The notes beneath the pieces were generated by a model. The model was not told where the DNA came from. It did not search any database and worked only from the letters and a program-made list of their open reading frames with translations. From the NCBI GenBank assembly GCA_963809895.1, contig CAWELD010000010.1, positions 64,001 to 128,000 on the forward strand: DNA of 64,000 nt, given 5' to 3'. The DNA is from an uncultured Gemmatimonadales bacterium. Lineage in GTDB: Bacteria > Gemmatimonadota > Gemmatimonadetes > Longimicrobiales > Gaopeijiaceae. Of the stretch, positions 49,407-57,140 are shown one piece after another. A program made the translations under genes and the position numbers. Position 1 is the first letter of the stretch. Every line of letters begins with the position of its first letter.

Positions 49407-50288
49407 GGGTGGGAAGTCGCGTGCGTGTGCGGGAAGCGCTGCTGGCGCTGCTCGCGGGCGCGGTGTTCACGGCGTCGGCGTCCGCTCAGGCGATCCGCGG
49501 CCACCTCATGGACGACGAGCAGCTCACGCCCGTGGGTGGCGCCACCATCACCTTGCTCTCGGGGGATTCCCGGGGCACGCAGGTGCTGACCCAGGACGAC
49601 GGCTCGTTCTTCATCGCCCTGGAGGCGTGGGGCACCTTCCGCCTGGAGGCCACCCGTATCGGCTACGGCACCACGACCTCGCAGCCTTTCCAGGTCGAGC
49701 CCCGGGACACGGTCACCGTGGACTTCCGCGTCCTGCCCGACGCCGTCCTGCTCAGGCCCATCACGGTGACTGCCCGCACGAATCAGGGCCGGAGCGCCTT
49801 CTACCGGCGCATGGACGACTGGGGCGAGGGGCTCTTCATCACCCCCGACATGGTCGATTCCATTCAGCCCCGGCATCCCATGGACGTGCTGAGGCATCAG
49901 CCGAAGATCTGGTTGTCGTGGGATTGGGTGTCGGACCAGTCGAGCGGGGTGGCGGGACTGGTGCCGAACGTGCACAGCCTGCAGGGCGAGGGGTGCCTCA
50001 CCTACATGATCGACGGGCATGTGCTGCGGCGTCCGAAATGGGCCCGGTTGCCCGTGTGGCTGGACTATCCCCTCAACACGCTGCAGCCCGACGACATCGA
50101 GGCCGTGGAGGTCTACCGGAATCTCGACGAGGTGCCGCCCGAGCTCCGCCACGGTGCGGACGAGCTCTACGACGGCAATCCGCCCGAAGGGCATCGCCAC
50201 CTTCTCGGGCTCGGCCGAGCCGGTGCAGGTCGACTTCATCCCCAAGGCCTGCGGCATCGTCAACTTCTGGACGAAAGCCGGCTGGTGA
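49400..50288 (+). CDS. Tandem paralog 2 of the above; +1 frameshift at about 50189
   Basis: Closely similar to 48537..49406. The C-terminus CGIVNFWTKAGW lies in a different frame after AAGGG. Confidence 0.8.
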
Positions 50289-50375
50289 TTCGCCAACGGA
50301 CCTGATCCCGTCGTATAGTCGTCCCCGGAACGAAGGCGCGTGGCCGCGCCACGGATCGAGACGGAGACGACTGCA

Positions 50376-51455
50376 ATGAGCGACGAGCGCACCGGTGTGG
50401 ATCGCAGGGATTTCCTTCGGCTGGGAACCGCCGCCGGCGTCGGCGCGGCCTTCATGGGACGGGGCGCCCGGGTGCTGCGGGCGGCCACGCCCCGGCGGGC
50501 CGGCACCCCCATGATCATCACCAGCCACACCAACGACACCGGCAAGGAAGCCATGCGGCAGTCGTGGGAGATCCTGGCCCGGGGCGGCTCGGCCATGGAC
50601 GCGGTGGAGAAGGCCGCCAACGTCATCGAGGTGGACCCGGAAGACACCAGCGTGGGGTACGGCGGACTTCCCAACGCCGAGGGCGTGGTTCAGCTCGATG
50701 CGTCGTGCATGGACGGGCGCACCTACAACGCCGGCTCGGTGGGTGCCATCGAGAACATCAAGACGCCCTCGTCCGTGGCCCGGCTGGTCATGGAGCGCAC
50801 CGATCACATCATGCTGGTCGGCGCCGGGGCGCTGGCCTTCGCCAAGTCGTTCGGCTTCAAGGAAGAGAACCTCCTCACGGAGAAGGCCCGCCAGATCTGG
50901 GTCCGCTGGCGTGAGGGGCTGTCGGAGTCCGACGACTGGGGTCCGCCGGACCACCTGCGGGGCCTGCCCGCCGGGGGCGGCATGCAGGACGGGCCGGTGG
51001 AGTACCAGCACGGCACCACCAACTGCCTGGCCGTGGACGGCAACGGCGACATCGCGGGCATCACCACGACCTCGGGGATGTCCTGGAAGGTGCCCGGACG
51101 GGTGGGCGACTCGCCCATCATCGGCGCCGGCCTCTATGTCCTGAACGGGGTGGGCGCGGCAGGCGCCACCGGCCGCGGCGAGGACGTCATCAAGTCGTGC
51201 GCGTCCTACTACATCGTCATGCGCATGCGCGACGGCCGCAGCCCCCAGGAGGCGTGCGAGGATGCCATCCAGCTCATCATCGACAACTACCGCGGCGTGA
51301 ATCCCGACTTCATACCCGGCGAGAAGTTCGTGGCCATCAACGCCGCCGGCGAGGTGGGGTGCGCATCCATGGGCCTGCGCGGTAATCCGGCTCTTTCGTG
51401 GCGCTCGGGCGACGGGCTCACGCAGTTCGAGGGGAGGGGGCTGTACGGGAGCTGA
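50376..51455 (+). CDS. Tat-exported N(4)-(beta-N-acetylglucosaminyl)-L-asparaginase family Ntn hydrolase
   Basis: DRRDFL Tat motif; SVGYGGLPN, LDASCMDG, HGT nucleophile, GRVGDSP, ATGRGE. Confidence 0.9.
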   Translation: MSDERTGVDRRDFLRLGTAAGVGAAFMGRGARVLRAATPRRAGTPMIITSHTNDTGKEAMRQSWEILARGGSAMDAVEKAANVIEVDPEDTSVGYGGLPNAEGVVQLDASCMDGRTYNAGSVGAIENIKTPSSVARLVMERTDHIMLVGAGALAFAKSFGFKEENLLTEKARQIWVRWREGLSESDDWGPPDHLRGLPAGGGMQDGPVEYQHGTTNCLAVDGNGDIAGITTTSGMSWKVPGRVGDSPIIGAGLYVLNGVGAAGATGRGEDVIKSCASYYIVMRMRDGRSPQEACEDAIQLIIDNYRGVNPDFIPGEKFVAINAAGEVGCASMGLRGNPALSWRSGDGLTQFEGRGLYGS

Positions 51456-51461
51456 GACAGC

Positions 51462-52694
51462 TCACGCGTCGGGACGCACGATGCGGAGAGAGACCACGTG
51501 CTCCACGTCGAGGGAATCCTGGATCAGGGCGTAGACCCGGTCGCCCCGCACCACGGGGGGGATGCGTAGCACGGGCTCGATGGTCAGGGGGATGGGGGAT
51601 CGCAGGCGTCCCAGGTAGCGACCGCCGGCGTCGAAGACGTCGACGGTGACCCCCGGCTCTCCGCGCTCGCCGTAGAGGCCCACCCAGAGCTCACCTCGAT
51701 CCGAAACCGTGAGCCAGCGGTAATACGGCTTGCGGGCGGGCACCAGGTCCCGGTCCAGCGCTGCACCCTCCCACTCTGTCTCCAACTCGCTCATGGCCGA
51801 GTCGAGCTCGGCAGACGTGACGTGGGGAGCTTCGCCGGCACGGGTCATTTCGCGGGTCGGGATGCTGTCGAAGTCCAGCCTCCAGAGGTGATAGGCATCG
51901 GACGTGCCGACCCAGACCTGACCGGAGGGGTCGGGGCTCCATCGGACACGGGCGTCCCATGGGACGCTGGGCTGCAGAGAGGCGCCCCCGTTGGTCCGGC
52001 GCGCCGGGAACGAGGCGAAATCGCGCCAGGGTAGCGCCAGGGTGTCCGGGAAGGTCGGGGGTGCGTCCAGCTGGACGGCTTCCGACCGCAGCATCCCGGG
52101 GATGGCGAAGTCGGGATCCCACGAGGACACCACGTAACTGTGGTCCAGGAGGCGGCCCAGCGTGTCGAAGGCCAGGTCGCCGTGACTCCCACCGCGGAGA
52201 GGGCGAGGGAGAGTGGCTACGAGAGCTCCCGCGGTGTCCAGAACCGTGTAGCGATCGGTGCCCCAATCCGAGACCCAGAGTCGGCCCGGCGAATCGAAGG
52301 CCAGGCCATCGGGATGCTGGAACTCGCCGGGCCCTTCACCGAAGCGTCCCAGGGTGCGGACCCAGGCGCCGTCGGCATCGAAGACCTGCACCTCTCCCGC
52401 GTATCCGTCGGCGACGTAGATCCGACCCGCCGCATCCACGGCGAGATCGCTCACGCGCTGGAAGACCTCCGGACCCGCGGCGGCATCCCCTAGCCGAAAG
52501 ACCACCTCCAGGCTCCATGCCTGCTCCGGTGACCACAGGCCCTCCGAGGGATTTCGCACGCGCACGGTGCCGGTCTCCAGGGTGTCCACGACCACCCGGT
52601 CCACCTGCGTGGGATCACCGCAGCCGGTGAGCGCGGCGACGAGCCACGCGATCACCACCGTCCCACCCCACCTCCGATCCCTCCACCCGCTCAT
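51462..52694 (-). CDS. 6-bladed beta-propeller (NHL-like) lipoprotein
   Basis: Lipobox LTGC; GRFGEGPGEF; DVFDAGGRYLG. Confidence 0.85.
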   Translation of the reverse strand: MSGWRDRRWGGTVVIAWLVAALTGCGDPTQVDRVVVDTLETGTVRVRNPSEGLWSPEQAWSLEVVFRLGDAAAGPEVFQRVSDLAVDAAGRIYVADGYAGEVQVFDADGAWVRTLGRFGEGPGEFQHPDGLAFDSPGRLWVSDWGTDRYTVLDTAGALVATLPRPLRGGSHGDLAFDTLGRLLDHSYVVSSWDPDFAIPGMLRSEAVQLDAPPTFPDTLALPWRDFASFPARRTNGGASLQPSVPWDARVRWSPDPSGQVWVGTSDAYHLWRLDFDSIPTREMTRAGEAPHVTSAELDSAMSELETEWEGAALDRDLVPARKPYYRWLTVSDRGELWVGLYGERGEPGVTVDVFDAGGRYLGRLRSPIPLTIEPVLRIPPVVRGDRVYALIQDSLDVEHVVSLRIVRPDA

Positions 52695-52716
52695 GTCACC
52701 CCCTGGGCCGTGTTGC

Positions 52717-53025
52717 TCAGTCCGGTCCGCGCTCCGATGCCTCGCGTTGTCGCCACTCCCGCCGCTCCGCCCTGAACCGCTGTCGCTGCTTCTGCACGGC
52801 GCGGTCACACAGCCACGTGATGGCGTAGAGCGCCAGCAAGAAGACGCCCATGGCGATCCAGGTGAGGCGGGCGCCGTCGCCTACGTACATGGCGACGATG
52901 GCGACCACCGCCAGGATGAAGAGCGCGGCCAGCCCCGTCTGCGGCACGGTGGTCTTCAGGGCGTGCTCGCCCCACTCCTCCTCGGGCAGGAGGACCCCGT
53001 GGGCTTCGAGATCCTGTTGGCTCAT
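52717..53025 (-). CDS. Small two-TM membrane protein
   Basis: ATGA overlap with the upstream transporter; two hydrophobic helices. Confidence 0.7.
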   Translation of the reverse strand: MSQQDLEAHGVLLPEEEWGEHALKTTVPQTGLAALFILAVVAIVAMYVGDGARLTWIAMGVFLLALYAITWLCDRAVQKQRQRFRAERREWRQREASERGPD

Positions 53026-55349
53026 GTGGCCTCCATCTCCTGCTCTTCCTCCTCACCCGTGTCGCGGAAGAACTCCACCGTGTCCAGGATCTTGGAGTGG
53101 ACGGGATTGCGGTGCTTCTTGACCAGGAGGAGACGGCCCTTTGTGCGTCGGGCGATCTGCTCCGGCTTGGTGCCCAGCACGAGCTTGCGCATCCAGCCTT
53201 CACGGGCGGCGCCCACGATGGTGAGGTCGTACTTCTCCGAGCGGCGCGCGATGTCTTCGACGATGTCGGTACTGGTCTCCACCTGGAGCTGCCAGGCCAT
53301 GTCTTCGTCGGGCGGCTCCTCCTCGATGGCGACGTGGGTCAGGCCTTCGCGCAGCTCGCCGAGTCGCTTCTCCTTCTCCACGCCCGGCAGGTCCGGGGGG
53401 ATGAAGTGGATCAGGTCGAGGGTGGATCCGCGCTGACGCTTGAGCACCTCGCCGATCCCCAGCATCACCCGGGCCTGATCCGGGAAGGCCAGGGGGATGA
53501 GCACCCGGTCCAGATGGTCCAGGTCGGTGCCCCGGAAGACGACGGCGTCGCAGTCGGCGTGCTTCAGCACCAGGTCGATGTTGGTGCCGATGGCCGACCC
53601 GGGCCGGCGGCTCATGCCACGCCAACCCATGACCACCAGGTCCACGTCGCTCTCCTCGATCTCCTGGAGAATGGCCTGCGACGGATGGTGAGCCAGCCGG
53701 ATGATGGAGCTCGAGCGCACGTCGTGCTGTGCAAGGCGCTCCGCGGCGCGATCCAGTACCTCCTCACGCGCTCGCTGGATGTAGCGACGGCCCACGCGAA
53801 GCGGTGTCTGTTGGGGAAGCGAGATGACGTGGAGCAGCACGACCTCGGCGTCGCGCTCCGTGGCGATCATGCACGCCAGGTCGATCAGGGCCTCGGCGCT
53901 CGCCGGGTTGGCCAGGGGGACCAGGATGCGCATTCCCTCGGCAGGGCCCATGCGCTCGCGGAGCACCACAGGGGTGGCCTTCTTCTCCTTCTCGCGTCCA
54001 CGGGCGTAGCTGTAGTAGAGCACGAAGCCGGTGCCGACCCAACCCAGGACGAAGAACCAGGCCACCGGCGAGAAGCGGAACATGAACACGGCGATGCCGA
54101 TCATGAGCACCACCGCCAGCACCGGGAGCACGGGGAAGAACGGGATCAGGAACCCGTAGTCCAGCTTGTCGCCGTATTTCCGGCGGATGGTGATGATGGC
54201 CACGTTCACCTGCAGGAAGAGCAGGAGGAACATGACGTCGGCGGCCGCGGCCACGTCTTCGATGGGGATGGCCAGCGCCATGAAGATGATGAGCCCGCCG
54301 CTGGCCAGGAGGGCCATCCAGGGGGTGCGCGTGCCCTCGTGGATTCGAGCGAAGAAATCCGGGAGATTGCGGTCGCGCCCCATGGCGAAGGACACGCGGG
54401 TGGAGCTGAAGGTGGTGGCGTTCAGCGCCGACATGGTGGACAGGATGCCTCCCACCAGCAGGAGCGTGGTTCCCAGCGGCATGAACTGTCTGGCCGCCTC
54501 CGCCAGGCCCAGCTCCTTGTGCTCGCCCAGCCACGCCCAGGTGGGCTGCGCCGTGCCCGTGTTCACCGCGCCCAGCGCCGCCACCGCCACCAGGATGTAG
54601 ATGGGAATCACGATGGCCAGCGACCAGAACACCGCCCGGGGGATGTTCCGCTTGGGGTCCTTCACCTCCTCGCCGGCCTGAACGATGATCTCGTAGCCTT
54701 CGAAGGCCACGTAGGTCAGGCCCATGGCGGTGAGCACGCCGCCGAGTCCGTTGGGCGTGAGTGGCGTGAAGTGGCTCCAGCTCGTCGGCTCGTGGACCAT
54801 GGCCCACAGGCCACTCCCGATGAAGAGCGCGATCACCAGGATCTTGGCCACAGTGACGATGTTGCCGGCGAGCCCCGTCTCGCTGACGCCCTTGAAGTTG
54901 ATGGCGATGAACGCCAGCGCGATGAGCACCGCGAAGGGCTTCTCCAGGACGGAGCCCGGCATGCCGAAGACGGTCCAGCCCAGCTCGTCCAGCACCAGGC
55001 CCAGGTAGGCGCCGAAGCCCAGGGCGTAGAGGCTACCCGCCACCGCGTGGGCGAACCAGCTCATCCAGCCCGCCAGGAAGGCGTTGGGGCCCGGCAGCCC
55101 CTCCTTCACCCACAGATATCCGCCACCCGCTTCGGGAATCGCCGAGCCGAGCTCCGCGTAGGCCAGCGCCGTGAGGAAGGTGACGACGCCGTTGGCCGCG
55201 AAGGCGAGGATGAGCCCTGGACCGGCGGTGCCGGCGGCGATCCCGGTGAGCACGAAGATGCCCGCGCCGATCATGGCGCCCACCCCCACCATGGTGATGG
55301 TGAAGAGTCCCAGGTCGCGGCTCAGCTCGGCGCGGGGGCCCTCACTCAC
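53022..55349 (-). CDS. APC-family amino acid permease fused to two universal-stress (USP) domains
   Basis: GAMIGAGIF, YAELGSAIP.AGGGY; RILVPLAN, DLVVMGW, ADCD; second USP RVLIP...IVGA. Confidence 0.92.
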   Translation of the reverse strand: MSEGPRAELSRDLGLFTITMVGVGAMIGAGIFVLTGIAAGTAGPGLILAFAANGVVTFLTALAYAELGSAIPEAGGGYLWVKEGLPGPNAFLAGWMSWFAHAVAGSLYALGFGAYLGLVLDELGWTVFGMPGSVLEKPFAVLIALAFIAINFKGVSETGLAGNIVTVAKILVIALFIGSGLWAMVHEPTSWSHFTPLTPNGLGGVLTAMGLTYVAFEGYEIIVQAGEEVKDPKRNIPRAVFWSLAIVIPIYILVAVAALGAVNTGTAQPTWAWLGEHKELGLAEAARQFMPLGTTLLLVGGILSTMSALNATTFSSTRVSFAMGRDRNLPDFFARIHEGTRTPWMALLASGGLIIFMALAIPIEDVAAAADVMFLLLFLQVNVAIITIRRKYGDKLDYGFLIPFFPVLPVLAVVLMIGIAVFMFRFSPVAWFFVLGWVGTGFVLYYSYARGREKEKKATPVVLRERMGPAEGMRILVPLANPASAEALIDLACMIATERDAEVVLLHVISLPQQTPLRVGRRYIQRAREEVLDRAAERLAQHDVRSSSIIRLAHHPSQAILQEIEESDVDLVVMGWRGMSRRPGSAIGTNIDLVLKHADCDAVVFRGTDLDHLDRVLIPLAFPDQARVMLGIGEVLKRQRGSTLDLIHFIPPDLPGVEKEKRLGELREGLTHVAIEEEPPDEDMAWQLQVETSTDIVEDIARRSEKYDLTIVGAAREGWMRKLVLGTKPEQIARRTKGRLLLVKKHRNPVHSKILDTVEFFRDTGEEEEQEMEAT

Positions 55350-55450
55350 GGGGTGGCTCGCATGCAGGTGTCGGGGGATAGGGGTCGGCGTTCGGGACGG
55401 AGAAAGCTAGGGGACAGGGTGGGGCGGGGGACAGGGCAGGGCGGGCGCAT

Positions 55451-55479
55451 TTGACGCCTGGGGGCCGCAAGCAGACACT
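55451..55479 (+). promoter_or_regulatory. Putative sigma70 promoter
   Basis: TTGACG-N17-GACACT, 7 nt before ATG 55487 (near-leaderless). Confidence 0.4.
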
Positions 55480-55486
55480 GGAGCCT

Positions 55487-56704
55487 ATGCTGTGGTCTCC
55501 CTTTCACGTTCGGCGCTGTTCGGTTGCCCTCGTTCTCGCCCTGGCGGCGTGCGGCGGGGAGGGTGGCGTCGAAGGTGCGACGCCCGGCAGGAGCGTGAGC
55601 ACCGGGGGCTACCCCGTGGTGGACCACGCCATGCTTCCGGCGGCCATGCCGGTGGAGCCCGCGTTCCGCCTGGGCTCCCTCCGTGGCGACTCGGGGGTGG
55701 CCTTCGGCGAGCTGGCCGGCCTCGGGGTGAACGACCGCGGGGAGGTGCTCGTGCTGGACCGGCAGGCCGCGGCCGTGCTGCGCTTCGACACGCTGGGCCG
55801 GGCGCTGGGCGCCATGAACCGGCGCGGGAAAGGTCCAGGCGAGCTCGTGTCGCCGAGCGGGCTGCATGTGGACCCGAACGGCCACGTCTGGGTGAGCGAC
55901 CCGGGGACGGGGCGGCTGACGGAGTGGGTGGATGGCGAGGCCGGTCGAACGTTCGGCATGCCGCCGCTCCAGCAATCCCCCTACATCTGGAAGGGTGGCG
56001 TGGCCGACGGCGTCGTGAGGATCCAGAGCACGGTGTCGGAGCCCCAGGATCCGGAGCGCGAGCCCGCCGTGCGCACCTGGCGCGGAACGGTCATCCTCGT
56101 CCGCTGGGATGTGGACTCGGGCGCCGTGGACACCCTGCTCGTGGGGCCGAGCGCGGACCGGGGCCTCGACCTGGTCAACGCCCAGGCGGTCCTCCCCTTC
56201 CAGCCCGAGCGGTTGGTCGCCGGCGCGCCGGACGGCTCTGTGTGGACCGCTACCTCCGACGCCTACGACATCGTCCATCTAGGGGCCGAGGGGGATACCC
56301 TCCTGCGCCTTCGAGCCCGGATCCCGCCCGTGCCCGTGGACCCCGCGGAGCGCGCCGCGCGCATCGAATCTCTGGAGTCGTTCATGGAGCGGGTGCGGAT
56401 CCCCGTGGACGTGGATTGGGACGCCGAGGTTCCCGACGCCGTCCCCCCGCTGTCGGGGCTGGCCATCGACGAGTGGGGCCGCCTCTGGGTGCAGCGGCAC
56501 ACCCCCGCCGGGCTGCGCTGGGACGTCTTCGCGCCCGAGGGCGAGTGGCGCATGTCCGCGACCGCCGCCCTGAAGCTCGACGGGTGGCTCCAGCCGGTGG
56601 TGCGCAACGGCTGGCTCGCCGGCATGCAGCGCGGCGAGTTCGACGAACCGTACGTCGTGGTCGTGCGCATGCCGGAGATCGAGGACGCGGAGGGCGGCGG
56701 CTGA
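55487..56704 (+). CDS. 6-bladed beta-propeller lipoprotein
   Basis: Lipobox LAAC; GKGPGEL; DEWGRLWV; WDVF. Confidence 0.85.
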   Translation: MLWSPFHVRRCSVALVLALAACGGEGGVEGATPGRSVSTGGYPVVDHAMLPAAMPVEPAFRLGSLRGDSGVAFGELAGLGVNDRGEVLVLDRQAAAVLRFDTLGRALGAMNRRGKGPGELVSPSGLHVDPNGHVWVSDPGTGRLTEWVDGEAGRTFGMPPLQQSPYIWKGGVADGVVRIQSTVSEPQDPEREPAVRTWRGTVILVRWDVDSGAVDTLLVGPSADRGLDLVNAQAVLPFQPERLVAGAPDGSVWTATSDAYDIVHLGAEGDTLLRLRARIPPVPVDPAERAARIESLESFMERVRIPVDVDWDAEVPDAVPPLSGLAIDEWGRLWVQRHTPAGLRWDVFAPEGEWRMSATAALKLDGWLQPVVRNGWLAGMQRGEFDEPYVVVVRMPEIEDAEGGG

Positions 56705-56759
56705 AGCACCCGGCGTCTGAGCTCCTGGCGGCCCTTGCGCACCCTCACCCTCGACTCTA

Positions 56760-56795
56760 GATATAGCGAGAGACGATATAGCGACACTCGATCAT
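56760..56795. promoter_or_regulatory. Tandem putative PadR operators
   Basis: GATATAGCGA at 56760 and 56775; dyad TATAGCG-N5-CGATATA. Confidence 0.6.
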
Positions 56796-56810
56796 GAAGG
56801 CCTCCCGACC

Positions 56811-57140
56811 ATGACCACGCACGACGATCCCGGGGCGTTCCTGCCCCTGTCGCAAGCCGAGTTCCAGATCCTCCTCGCGGTGTGTGACGAGCCCCGGCAC
56901 GGCTACGCGATCATGCAGGAGGTGGAGCACCGGGGCGGACCCGCCGGGTCGCTGGGCCCCGGCACGCTGTACGGGGCGATCAAGCGCCTCCGGAAACGAG
57001 GGCTCATCGCGGAGGTGGAGACCGAGGATTCGGGACGCGCCCGTCCGTACCGGGCTACGCCGCTGGGACGCCGGGTGGCCGCGGCGGAGGCCCGACGTCA
57101 CAAGGAGCTGGTGCGTTGGGCGGAGGCCACGGGGCTGTGA
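56811..57140 (+). CDS. PadR-family regulator (PLS/T..F.ILL type)
   Basis: LPLSQAEFQILL, RHGYAIMQEV, GPGTLYGAIKRL. Confidence 0.95.
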   Translation: MTTHDDPGAFLPLSQAEFQILLAVCDEPRHGYAIMQEVEHRGGPAGSLGPGTLYGAIKRLRKRGLIAEVETEDSGRARPYRATPLGRRVAAAEARRHKELVRWAEATGL

